Shown in pieces: positions 24,921 through 33,752 of a stretch of DNA of 33,895 nt. Every line of letters starts with the position of its first letter. Position 1 is the first letter of the stretch. This stretch comes from Bacteroidota bacterium (GTDB lineage Bacteria > Bacteroidota > Bacteroidia > Bacteroidales > VadinHA17). The DNA lies in assembly GCA_030613125.1 (NCBI GenBank), contig JAUWMO010000003.1, forward strand, positions 1 to 33,895, written 5' to 3'. The translations under genes and the position numbers were made by a program. The notes under the pieces are model-generated. The model was not told where the DNA came from and did no database searches. It saw only the letters and a list, made by a program, of their open reading frames with translations.

Positions 24921-25565
24921 ATGAAAAACCAACAGGATTACCTAAATGACCTCAGGCAGATCAGATCCATTATGGAACGATCTTCGAGATTCCTTTCACT
25001 TAGTGGTTATTCCGGGATTTTTGCAGGCATTATTGCTCTGGCCGGTGGTATATTTGCATTCTGGTATCTGCACGATTCCGGTTTTCTGACAGTAAATGAG
25101 ATTTATCTGTCTTCAGGTATCCTTGCTGACAAAATTGTACGGTTTTTATTTTATGATGGGTTGATCGTCCTGATCCTGGCTTTAGTTTCATCACTGTTTT
25201 TTTCATGGTTGAAAGCAAAACGCCTTGGGTTACATTTATGGGATCATACTACTAAAAGAGTACTGGTTAATCTTGCTATTCCCATTATGGCAGGAGGGAT
25301 ATTTACTGTAATGGTGATGATTAATAATCAACTTTACCTGATTGCACCCGTTACATTATTATTTTATGGAATGGCTCTGCTTAATGCCGGAAATTATACA
25401 TTAAGTGAAGTCAGGTACCTTGGTATGGCAGAGATTGCAACCGGAATTTTTGCTACAATTTTTCTGAGATATGGACTCTATTTCTGGATATTCGGGTTTG
25501 GTATCCTGCATATTGCATATGGCTTGATAATGCACTTCAGGTATGATGTAAATCGGGAAGGGTAA
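24921..25565 (+). CDS. Hypothetical multi-pass membrane protein of the creD/wHTH locus
   Basis: DLRQIRSIMERSSRFLSLSG N-terminus, ~6 hydrophobic segments, FGFGILHIAYG C-terminus. Confidence 0.8.
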   Translation: MKNQQDYLNDLRQIRSIMERSSRFLSLSGYSGIFAGIIALAGGIFAFWYLHDSGFLTVNEIYLSSGILADKIVRFLFYDGLIVLILALVSSLFFSWLKAKRLGLHLWDHTTKRVLVNLAIPIMAGGIFTVMVMINNQLYLIAPVTLLFYGMALLNAGNYTLSEVRYLGMAEIATGIFATIFLRYGLYFWIFGFGILHIAYGLIMHFRYDVNREG

Positions 25566-25580
25566 TATAATAGTCAGATG

Positions 25581-25635
25581 GTAGTAATTAGGTAGTAATT
25601 AAGTGGTAATTAGGTGGTAATTGAGTGGTCATTGA
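25581..25635. repeat. Five degenerate 11-bp tandem repeats
   Basis: GTAGTAATTAG GTAGTAATTAA GTGGTAATTAG GTGGTAATTGA GTGGTCATTGA. Confidence 0.85.
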
Positions 25636-25740
25636 GAAACATGGAATGTTGGAAGAATGTTCGTGAGACTAGCTTTCTACAACGTAGAATGCTTTAGTCG
25701 AACAATCCCGATAGCGAAGCTCATCGGGAGAATAATGGAA

Positions 25741-25858
25741 TGTCATCCCGAACCGCAGGGAGGGATCTCCTCAACTATGTAATTCTGACTATTTTAGATA
25801 GTAATAAATTCAGGGAGATTCTTCGACTCAATTCGTCGCTCAGGATCCAATGTTCAGG
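25741..25858 (+). repeat. Palindromic dispersed repeat, copy 1
   Basis: TGTCATCCCGAACCGCAGGGAGGGATCTCCT…GGAGATTCTTCGACTCAATTCGTCGCTCAGGAT; first 31 nt identical to the copy at 27575. Confidence 0.85.
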
Positions 25859-25875
25859 CAATGAAAAAAAAAATT

Positions 25876-26172
25876 ATGAAAAACCCAATCAAAGGTTTGA
25901 ATAAAATCTTCGACAGCAGGGTCAGGCTTGGAATAATGTCAGCACTGGTTGTTAATGACTGGCTGGACTTTAATTCGCTCAAGGAATTGCTTGAGGTAAC
26001 TGACGGGAATCTTGCCAGTCATCTTAAAGCCCTCGAAAAACATGAATATATTAAATTTAAGAAACAATTTATCGGACGTAAACCCCATACTTCATATCGC
26101 AGTACAACCAAAGGGAAAAATGCTATCACCTTCCATTTGAATGCTCTTGAAAAACTGATCAAAAATGAATAA
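25876..26172 (+). CDS. Winged helix-turn-helix (HTH_34/ArsR-MarR-like) transcriptional regulator
   Basis: FDSRVRLGIMSAL…DFNSLKELLEVTDGNLASHLKALEK…FIGRKP.T.Y; alternative start at 25861. Confidence 0.9.
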   Translation: MKNPIKGLNKIFDSRVRLGIMSALVVNDWLDFNSLKELLEVTDGNLASHLKALEKHEYIKFKKQFIGRKPHTSYRSTTKGKNAITFHLNALEKLIKNE

Positions 26173-26188
26173 ATTTTTTTACAAATAT

Positions 26189-26205
26189 ACTTTGTATTAC
26201 AAAGT
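26189..26205. promoter_or_regulatory. Perfect palindromic operator ACTTTGTA-T-TACAAAGT upstream of creD
   Basis: 8-1-8 perfect inverted repeat 30 bp before ATG 26236; followed by TCTTTT, as in the 24683 copy. Confidence 0.7.
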
Positions 26206-26235
26206 TCTTTTTATAATTATTAAATTCTATTTAAA

Positions 26236-27564
26236 ATGGGAACAATTAAAGAAAACACTCAAAAGATTTCTTCATCGGTAATGATGAAGATGGTAATTAT
26301 AGGGATAGTTATCCTGACTCTGTTGATTCCAGCAGGAATGATCAAAAACCTGATAAGGGAAAGGGAAGAGTTCAGGAGAGCAACGAAGATGGAGATCCAG
26401 GATAAATGGGGAAAAGATCAAACAATTTCGGGACCCATTATTACTATTCCCTACCTCCGCCGTATAAGGGAAAAAGACATTCTGGTAAAACACAAGGCAT
26501 ACATATATATTTTACCTGAAAAATTGAAAATAACCGGAAACATTGAACCTGAAATCAGGTACAGAAGTATTCATAAAGTGGTTGTTTACAATACAAATCT
26601 TACAATTACAGGACACTTTGAAAAGGGCCGGGAAATTCTCAATAATATTCCTTTAGAAGATATTCAATGGAAAGAAATAAAAATTGATTTTGGTGTTTCC
26701 GATATGCGGGGAATACAGAAGGAGATTCAAATATTTCTTGATGAAAAAACTATAATTACAAAATCAGGTGCTTCAACTGATAGTCCGATTAAACAAGGAT
26801 TTCACGGATCATCGTATATGGATATAAATACACTTGACAATCCGTATAATTTCCGCATCGAAATAAGCCTCAATGGAAGTGGTTCCCTGAATTTCATTCC
26901 CCTGGGAAAAACCACTGATGTCCGGTTATCTTCAGAATGGATGGATCCGGCATTTTACGGAGCATTTCTGCCAGATGACCGGACTATAGATAATAATGGG
27001 TTTTCTGCACACTGGACCATCCTTCATTATAACAGGAACTATCCCCAGATCTGGTTGAACCAAAAATATGAGACCAGTCCGTCATCCTTCGGGGTCAGTT
27101 TATTTCTTCCTGTTGATGAATACCAGAAAACAATGCGCTCAGTTAAGTACGCTATTCTTTTTCTAACGCTGACCTTTACTTTGTTTTTCTTTATCGAGGT
27201 TCTTAACCAAAAAAAGGTTCATCCGGTACAATACCTGATGGTTGGAGCCTCATTAATAGTTTTTTACATCCTCCTTCTGTCATTATCAGAACACATAGGA
27301 TTTTTGGTAGCTTATTTAATTTCAGCAGCAGCAATTATTCTGCAGATTAGCCTTTTCATATATATGATAATTAACTCCCTGAAATTGACCCTGTTAACAT
27401 CTGTAATCTTAACTGCATTGTATAGTTATCTTTTTGTATTGCTTCAAATACAAGACTATGCCTTACTAATAGGAAGTGTTGGTTTATTTGTTATACTGGG
27501 AATTATAATGTATTTATCAAAGAATATCAACTGGTACAAACCTATTTCTACAGGGGAAAGTTGA
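26236..27564 (+). CDS. creD: Cell envelope integrity inner membrane protein CreD
   Basis: LLIP…LIRERE, W.K.QTISGP, W.DPAF.G.FLP, Y.K..RSVKYAILF, VHPVQYLMVG, LLLSLSEHIGF, DYALLIGS. Confidence 0.92.
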   Translation: MGTIKENTQKISSSVMMKMVIIGIVILTLLIPAGMIKNLIREREEFRRATKMEIQDKWGKDQTISGPIITIPYLRRIREKDILVKHKAYIYILPEKLKITGNIEPEIRYRSIHKVVVYNTNLTITGHFEKGREILNNIPLEDIQWKEIKIDFGVSDMRGIQKEIQIFLDEKTIITKSGASTDSPIKQGFHGSSYMDINTLDNPYNFRIEISLNGSGSLNFIPLGKTTDVRLSSEWMDPAFYGAFLPDDRTIDNNGFSAHWTILHYNRNYPQIWLNQKYETSPSSFGVSLFLPVDEYQKTMRSVKYAILFLTLTFTLFFFIEVLNQKKVHPVQYLMVGASLIVFYILLLSLSEHIGFLVAYLISAAAIILQISLFIYMIINSLKLTLLTSVILTALYSYLFVLLQIQDYALLIGSVGLFVILGIIMYLSKNINWYKPISTGES

Positions 27565-27574
27565 ATAAGAGAAA

Positions 27575-27700
27575 TGTCATCCCGAACCGCAGGGAGGGAT
27601 CTCCTTAACTATGGAATTCTGACTGCTTTAAATAGTTATAAAACTTAAGGAGATCCTTCGACTCACTTCGTTCGCTCAGGATGACAAATCAATATTCAGG
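27575..27700 (+). repeat. Palindromic dispersed repeat, copy 2 (intact ends TGTCATCC…GGATGACA)
   Basis: Homologous to 25741-25858; terminal inverted TGTCATCC / GGATGACA and inner GGATCTCCTTAA / TTAAGGAGATCC. Confidence 0.85.
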
Positions 27701-27759
27701 TTAACAATATATTTGCCGACTAAACCATTTGATGCGAGGACAGAGTTCATGCAAATGAC

Positions 27760-27890
27760 CCACCTACGCAAGCTTCGGGCGCCTATGCTAAAGCTTGTGC
27801 CTCCGTCCTCGCCGTCGCGTAGCCGCTATGGCGAAGCACGGTAAAGCTACGGCGACACGCGGACAGCGACAGCATGCGGACAGGCACGAA
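27760..27890. repeat. GC-rich cluster of nested AAAGCT-type palindromic repeats
   Basis: CCACCTACGCAAGCTTCGG, GCCTATGCTAAAGCTT and GTAAAGCTACGGCGAC; outer GTGCCTCCGTCC / GGACAGGCAC. Related sequence at 12092-12131. Confidence 0.6.
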
Positions 27891-27900
27891 TGATTGCGAG

Positions 27901-27943
27901 TCTCGAAAAACTACCAAATCATAGATTTGGTAGTTTTTCGGGA
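27901..27943. terminator. 17-bp perfect hairpin between convergent creD and ptrB (terminator candidate or repeat)
   Basis: CGAAAAACTACCAAATC-ATA-GATTTGGTAGTTTTTCG (27904-27940), ~40 bp past the ptrB stop; no clear U tail. Confidence 0.45.
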
Positions 27944-27978
27944 TGAATGACAGAATCAGTCTTCAGACAGTGAGCATA

Positions 27979-30144
27979 TTATTCCGTTATCCCAACCAGG
28001 TTCAGCATAAAAGCATATTCCAGTGCCGTTTCCTTATATCTCCTGAAACGTCCGGACACTCCGCCATGACCTGCCTCCATATTTATTTTAAACACCAATA
28101 AGTTATTATCTGTTTTCATATCCCGTAGTTTGGCAACCCATTTTGCCGGCTCCCAATATTGGACCTGAGAATCCCAGTAACCGGTTGTCACCAGGATATT
28201 AGGATAATCCATATCCTGCACGTTATCGTAAGGTGAATAGGACATCATATAGTTATAATATTCCTTTTCATTTGGATTCCCCCACTCATCATATTCAGAA
28301 GATGTTAAAGGTATTGACGAATCCAGCATGGTGGTTACCACGTCTACCCAGGGAACAGATGCCACAACACCTTTATACAGGTCAGGCCGCATATTCAGAA
28401 TAGCACCAATCAGCAGACCTCCTGCACTTCCTCCCATGGCAAACAGATGGTCAGGATTTGTATATTGTTTTTCAATAAGATATTCCGCACAGGTATTGAA
28501 GTCGGTAAAAGTGTTTTTCTTTTCCAACAATTTCCCATTTTCATACCACCAGCGTCCCATTTCACTACCACCCCTGATATGGGCAATGGCATACACAAAT
28601 CCTCGATCAAGGAGGGTTAACCTGACAGAACTAAAATAAGCCTCCATTGAAGACCCATAAGAACCATAACCATAAAGCATAGTCGGATTGGATCCATCCA
28701 ATTTTAAACCTTTTTTATATACAAGTGAGACAGGCACTTCAATCCCATCTTCAGCAGTGGCATACAAGCGTTTTGCCACATAATTATTTTTGTCAAAATC
28801 TCCTAAGACATCTTCTTCTTTTAACAAATTCTTTTCTTTGCTAACCATATTGAAATCAATGGTTGAAATAGGTGTGGTCAATGAAGAATATATATACCTG
28901 AGCTGATCGGTGTCAAATTCAGGATTTGCAGATATCCAAGCAAGATATGTTTCTTCCCCGAAATCAACAAAATAATCTTCGCTCCCATCCCAGCTTATCA
29001 AGCGCAAATTTGTTAGTCCCTTAATCCTTTCACTAACAACCAGATAATCCTTGAATATTTCAAATCCCTGCAACAGAACATCATTCCGGTGAGGGATCAC
29101 ATCCGTCCAATTTTCTTTAGTAAGTTTGTTAATAGATGTTCTCATTAGTTTAAAATTCAGAGCACCATCTTTGTTGGTACGGATATAGAAATGATCTTCA
29201 TAATGAACTATATGATATTCATGATCTTTTTCCCTGTTTTGTACAATCCGGAACTCACCTGTTGGATCGGAAGCATCAAGTATCCTGTATTCTGTTGACA
29301 GTGTTTGAGAAGATCCAATCACGAGATATTTTTTTGATTTTGTTTTAGAAACAAATGTTCCAAAGGTCTCATCCTTTTCATAATACACCTCCACAGGAGA
29401 GTTTGATCCCAGCACATAGCGATTTATCCTGTCAGATCTGAGTGTTACCGGATCTTTGGTACTATAGAAAACTGTTTTGTTATCATGGGCCCAGGTCACC
29501 CCACCTGTAGTATTAGAAATCTGGTCTGCCAGTAGTTCACCTGTTTCAAGGTTCTTGAAATAAATTGTGTATCGACGCCTGCTTACTGTATCGACACCAT
29601 ATGCAAGTGTTTTTGAATCTTCACTAACATTCACTCCCACAACCTGGAAAAAATCATGTCCTTTAGCCAAAAGATTAACATTGAGCATTATTTCTTCTTT
29701 GGCTTCCAGGTTTCCTTTTTTCCTGCAATACAATGGATATTCATTCCCTTTTTCATATCTGGTATAATAAAAGTATCCATTCCTTTTTACAGGAACAGAC
29801 TCATCGTCCTGTTTTATCCTGCCAATAATCTCTTCAAACAGTTTCTTCTGGAAAGCTTCTGTATGATTCATCACCGCATTTGTATAGGCATTCTCAGCAT
29901 TTAGGTAATCCAGCACTTTCTGTGTTTGTTTATCAACCGCCTCGGCATTCTTTTGCTCATCTGTGAGCCTCATCCACAAATAATTATCTACCCTGGTGTC
30001 ATCATGGATAGTTAATTCTTTTGGGCTTTTCTCTGCAACCGGAGGTTTCATATCAACTGTTCTTGGTTTAGGGTTACATGCCCATATAAACAGTATTAAA
30101 ATACCTGTAATAATTATTTTCAGATTTTGGGTTTGGTTTTTCAT
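27979..30144 (-). CDS. ptrB: Oligopeptidase B (S9A serine peptidase), lipoprotein
   Basis: YGYGSYG, AHIRGGSEMG, GGSAGG (Ser), DSQVQYWEPAKW (Asp), AGHGG (His); lipobox IWAC. Confidence 0.93.
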   Translation of the reverse strand: MKNQTQNLKIIITGILILFIWACNPKPRTVDMKPPVAEKSPKELTIHDDTRVDNYLWMRLTDEQKNAEAVDKQTQKVLDYLNAENAYTNAVMNHTEAFQKKLFEEIIGRIKQDDESVPVKRNGYFYYTRYEKGNEYPLYCRKKGNLEAKEEIMLNVNLLAKGHDFFQVVGVNVSEDSKTLAYGVDTVSRRRYTIYFKNLETGELLADQISNTTGGVTWAHDNKTVFYSTKDPVTLRSDRINRYVLGSNSPVEVYYEKDETFGTFVSKTKSKKYLVIGSSQTLSTEYRILDASDPTGEFRIVQNREKDHEYHIVHYEDHFYIRTNKDGALNFKLMRTSINKLTKENWTDVIPHRNDVLLQGFEIFKDYLVVSERIKGLTNLRLISWDGSEDYFVDFGEETYLAWISANPEFDTDQLRYIYSSLTTPISTIDFNMVSKEKNLLKEEDVLGDFDKNNYVAKRLYATAEDGIEVPVSLVYKKGLKLDGSNPTMLYGYGSYGSSMEAYFSSVRLTLLDRGFVYAIAHIRGGSEMGRWWYENGKLLEKKNTFTDFNTCAEYLIEKQYTNPDHLFAMGGSAGGLLIGAILNMRPDLYKGVVASVPWVDVVTTMLDSSIPLTSSEYDEWGNPNEKEYYNYMMSYSPYDNVQDMDYPNILVTTGYWDSQVQYWEPAKWVAKLRDMKTDNNLLVFKINMEAGHGGVSGRFRRYKETALEYAFMLNLVGITE

Positions 30145-30207
30145 CTGCTACATGTTTAATTTTTTTTTTCATCTACACACGTTAATTAAACAAAACACTT
30201 AGATAAG

Positions 30208-30861
30208 TCAAAACTCCAGACTAATAAAAAAGGCCGTGACCGGATTAAATCTGGATCTATAATCCGATTTATTAACATCCGACAGATCAGGTATCTCAGT
30301 GGGACTCCAGAAATAGACACTTCCCTCTTCCCTGTACATCAGCATTTCAACATTCGTTTCAATTGAAAAAGAGAGTGGGGTTTTAGTTTCAAACTTAACT
30401 CCTAAAGTTGGTGAAATTCCTATACCAAGTTTGTTTATATCATACTTTTCATAACTTGGATTTAAATTATTATTTCTTTCTTCGACCAGATTTCCTCCCA
30501 TAATTTTAAGATCAACAGCAATGTATGGTTTTATCCAGGAATTCAAAAAACCCCTTTGATAGCCCAGTCCGAATTCTATTTCCGAATAATTTCCGCTTGA
30601 TTCAGACTGAGAGTTATCTATTTTATCAATCTTTTGAAAGTAGTTGAAATTAAAACGGATAGCATTCTTGTTAAAATGCCTTTTATAACTTAATCCATGC
30701 AAAAAATTCAGGTAATACTTTTTCCCTCCTTCAACCACATAACGATTTTTCACACTTAATAAATTGAAAGAAAACTCATTCTTAGGAAGCTCGATTTCCT
30801 CCTGTCCTTTAACCGGGAAGGAAATAAATATTATACTTAGAATGGTAAAAAAATATTTCAT
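30208..30861 (-). CDS. Hypothetical outer-membrane beta-barrel protein
   Basis: Signal peptide, amphipathic beta strands (IEFGLGYQ, KPYIAVD, LSFSIE), C-terminal Phe. Confidence 0.7.
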   Translation of the reverse strand: MKYFFTILSIIFISFPVKGQEEIELPKNEFSFNLLSVKNRYVVEGGKKYYLNFLHGLSYKRHFNKNAIRFNFNYFQKIDKIDNSQSESSGNYSEIEFGLGYQRGFLNSWIKPYIAVDLKIMGGNLVEERNNNLNPSYEKYDINKLGIGISPTLGVKFETKTPLSFSIETNVEMLMYREEGSVYFWSPTEIPDLSDVNKSDYRSRFNPVTAFFISLEF

Positions 30862-30941
30862 TGATTTTTATTGAGAAAGGTAAAAATACATATTTACATG
30901 CCATTTACAAACAGAAGACAAGATGGTTTCAATAATTTACA

Positions 30942-31140
30942 TTAAATTGAATTGATCTGATTCTTCAGCTTAAGCAAAGGAACAATCAATAATAAAAGTA
31001 CAGAAATAGTAAAGAGCCCCCATCCTACTCCAAACCTGTCGGCCATAAAACCGGCAACAAGAGTTAAATTCAGGGCATATCTCAGATTTCCGGATCTTTC
31101 AGCCATTACACCTGATTTCCTGGAGGCCAGGGAGGTGTTA
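30942..31140 (-). pseudogene. Possible remnant of an MFS transporter C-terminus
   Basis: …VAGFMADRFGVGWGLFTISVLLLLIVPLL resembles the final MFS helices (G..ADRFG); no upstream body of the gene. Confidence 0.35.
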
Positions 31141-31340
31141 ATATATATATTACAAATGAGATGATGCAAAAAGTTCACTCTTCTTAAAGTGAGGAAATGG
31201 TTATATTTACACTGCACAAACCTGATAATTACTAAATATGCTGACAATTGATTAACTGACTAATTACGTATTACTTATTACTTATTGCTTTTTACGATTC
31301 AAATACTTTACAAAACAACATGAAACGAGTATGAACTTAG

Positions 31341-31500
31341 GAGCTGTCTTAAAAGTAGCCTAAAGGCATCATTCCATACTTGATACGAAATCTCTATCAC
31401 CTAAAACCAGAGGTTTATGGATTCCCGCGTTATTCGCTACGCTCATGAGGGCTAAAGCCGTTCGCGGGAATGATGTATAATCTGACTTTTGAGACAGTCC
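31341..31500. mobile_element. MITE-like element (160 bp) with internal palindrome
   Basis: TIRs GAGCTGTCTTAAAAGT (31341-31356) and ACTTTTGAGACAGTCC (31485-31500), 13/16 match. Internal CATCATTCC / GGAATGATG and ATTCCCGCG / CGCGGGAAT. No clear target duplication. Confidence 0.65.
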
Positions 31501-31537
31501 TGGTCTCATGAAAGCATTAATTAAAAATTTTAAACGG

Positions 31538-32533
31538 ATGAAGACAAGGCAATTTGGAAATACCGATTTAATGGTGAGTGAAGCAGGTTTCGGTGCATGG
31601 GCAATTGGTGGTCCGGCAATGGCAGGAGATATTGCGATTGGTTGGGGGAAAACTGATGATGACACATCAATAAAAGCTCTGAAAAAAGCAGCTGATCTGG
31701 GAGTTAACTTTTTCGACACTGCTGATTTTTACGGATTGGGACACTCTGAGGAACTGATTGGTAAAGTGTTTGGAAAAGGTCCTTCAATAATTGTTGCCAC
31801 AAAAGTTGGTCACAGATTAGCCTCAGATAATTCCATCTTTGTTGACTACTCAAAAAATTACATTCTGAGGGCCTGTGAAAAAAGTTTAAAAAGATTGAAA
31901 CGTGAATATCTTGACTATTACCAGCTTCATACTGCCAAGGTTCATGATCTTGAGAACAGTGAATGCATTGAGGCTATGGAAAGTTTAAAGAAACAGGGCA
32001 AAATCAGGTATTGGGGAGTCTCTCTGAATACTTATGATCCATATCCGGAAGCTGATTTTTTAATAAAAAATAGTATGGGGTCAGGATTTCAGATTGTGTT
32101 TAACATACTAAATCAAAGGGCAAGAAAATTATTGGATTCAGCATATCGAAATGAATTCGGAATAATTGCAAGAATGCCTCTTCAATTTGGTCTGCTTGCT
32201 AATAAATTCAGATTAGCTTCAAAATTTAGTAAAAATGATCACAGAGCATTCCGCTTGAACAAGAGAATATTAAAAAAAGTACTTCCTGAACTAAAAAAGA
32301 TATGGCCTGTAAAAGAACATTATAATATTACTCCTGTTTCACTGAGTTTAAGTTTCATCATGAGTTTCAAGGAAGTTTCCACTGTTATCCCAGGCATTAA
32401 AAATGCTGATCAGGCTTTTGAAAACGCAACAGGGATTACTGTTATCAAAGAGGAAGATAAGAGGTTTTTAGTTGATCTCTATGACCATAAACTGTGGAAA
32501 CTGGTTGAATTCCTGGAAAAAGAAGAGATTTGA
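31538..32533 (+). CDS. Aldo/keto reductase (cytoplasmic)
   Basis: MKTRQFGNTDLMVSEAGFGAWAIGG, GVNFFDTADFYG, VATKVG, LDYYQLH, GKIRYWGVS; alternative start at 31508. Confidence 0.9.
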   Translation: MKTRQFGNTDLMVSEAGFGAWAIGGPAMAGDIAIGWGKTDDDTSIKALKKAADLGVNFFDTADFYGLGHSEELIGKVFGKGPSIIVATKVGHRLASDNSIFVDYSKNYILRACEKSLKRLKREYLDYYQLHTAKVHDLENSECIEAMESLKKQGKIRYWGVSLNTYDPYPEADFLIKNSMGSGFQIVFNILNQRARKLLDSAYRNEFGIIARMPLQFGLLANKFRLASKFSKNDHRAFRLNKRILKKVLPELKKIWPVKEHYNITPVSLSLSFIMSFKEVSTVIPGIKNADQAFENATGITVIKEEDKRFLVDLYDHKLWKLVEFLEKEEI

Positions 32534-32564
32534 ATACTCCCGAAAAATCCTCCTGCTTTCTTTT

Positions 32565-33752
32565 CTATTCAACATACAATACAAGCCCTTTCATATATTC
32601 TCCTTCCGGATGGTAAATACTCACAGGATGATCAGCTGGCTGGCTCAGATTATGCAGGATCCGAACTGACCTCCCCGTATTGGCTGCAGCAACAAATACT
32701 GATTTCCTGAAATTTTCCCTGCTTACTACCTGAGAGCATGAAAAAGTAAACAGGAAACCTCCGGGACGGATGGAATTTATGGCTTTTGCATTTAACCTTT
32801 TGTAGCCCTGTAATGCCTGATGCAATACATTTTGATGTTTTGCAAAAGCCGGAGGATCCAGTATTATCAAATCATATTTGTTATCCGATTCATCCAGATA
32901 TTTAAAGGCATCGGCAGTAAAAGCCTTATGGCGGGATGAACCCGGAAAGTTTAATTCCACATTTGTCTCTGCCAGTTTAATAGCTGAAGCAGAACTATCA
33001 ACTGTATGTACAAGATTGGCATCTCCCCTGAGTGCATATACAGAAAACCCTCCTGAATAACCAAACATATTCAAAACTTTTCTATCAATGGAATATTCTT
33101 GTACCAATTTCCTGTTTTCTCTCTGATCAATATAAAAACCTGTCTTTTGACCTGATTCACAATCAATTTTAAAGATATTACCGTACTCTTTTACAGGTTT
33201 TATACTCTCTTTTCCAAATACCCATCCATCAAGAGGTTCAACAGGTGCTTTATAGGGAAGGGTTTTCTGGCTTTTATCATAAATGGAAAGCAATTTTTTC
33301 CCTATGATTTCAGAAAAAATGTCAAACAGGATATCCCTTATAAGATACATACCAACAGAATGAAACTGGACTACCAGAGTACCATCATAATAATCTGCAA
33401 TCAATCCCGGCATTCCGTCTCCTTCTGCATTTACAATACGGTAAACATTTGTTGACGCCGAGTTTGCCAGTCCAATAATTTGCCGGTATTTAAAAGATTC
33501 GGCAATTTTAATGTACCAGAATTCCCTGTCCGGTTCCTTATCTTCAAAAGACAAAACTCTTACTGCAATAGATCCGACCTGATAATGGCCCATGGCCAGA
33601 AATTCCCCTTTATTATCAAAGACTTTCACAATGTCACCATCTTTGGGGTTTCCAATCATTTTTTTTATAGCTCCTGAAAAAATCCAGGGATGATATCTCC
33701 GTAGTGACTGATCTTTTCCTGATTTCAGGATAACCTGCTTAAGATAGGGCAT
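32565..33752 (-). CDS. rlmI: 23S rRNA m5C1962 methyltransferase, RlmI family
   Basis: PUA-like HPWIFSGAI, EGDGMPGLIAD, GQKTGFYIDQRENR, VLNMFGYSGGF, ILDPPAF, FSCS, DHP…EGEY.K. Confidence 0.9.
   Translation of the reverse strand: MPYLKQVILKSGKDQSLRRYHPWIFSGAIKKMIGNPKDGDIVKVFDNKGEFLAMGHYQVGSIAVRVLSFEDKEPDREFWYIKIAESFKYRQIIGLANSASTNVYRIVNAEGDGMPGLIADYYDGTLVVQFHSVGMYLIRDILFDIFSEIIGKKLLSIYDKSQKTLPYKAPVEPLDGWVFGKESIKPVKEYGNIFKIDCESGQKTGFYIDQRENRKLVQEYSIDRKVLNMFGYSGGFSVYALRGDANLVHTVDSSASAIKLAETNVELNFPGSSRHKAFTADAFKYLDESDNKYDLIILDPPAFAKHQNVLHQALQGYKRLNAKAINSIRPGGFLFTFSCSQVVSRENFRKSVFVAAANTGRSVRILHNLSQPADHPVSIYHPEGEYMKGLVLYVE

Noticed and set aside
25581-25635. Tandem repeats as a CRISPR array
   Set aside because: 11-bp units with no spacers and no cas genes.
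31369-31719. 116-aa - strand ORF
   Set aside because: Antisense to the AKR and runs into the MITE; spurious.
955-33677. Numerous 60-193 aa ORFs antisense or frame-shifted within long genes (e.g. 20941-21522, 15601-16047, 11045-11488, 13376-13792)
   Set aside because: They overlap well-supported CDSs and show no recognisable motifs; shadow ORFs.
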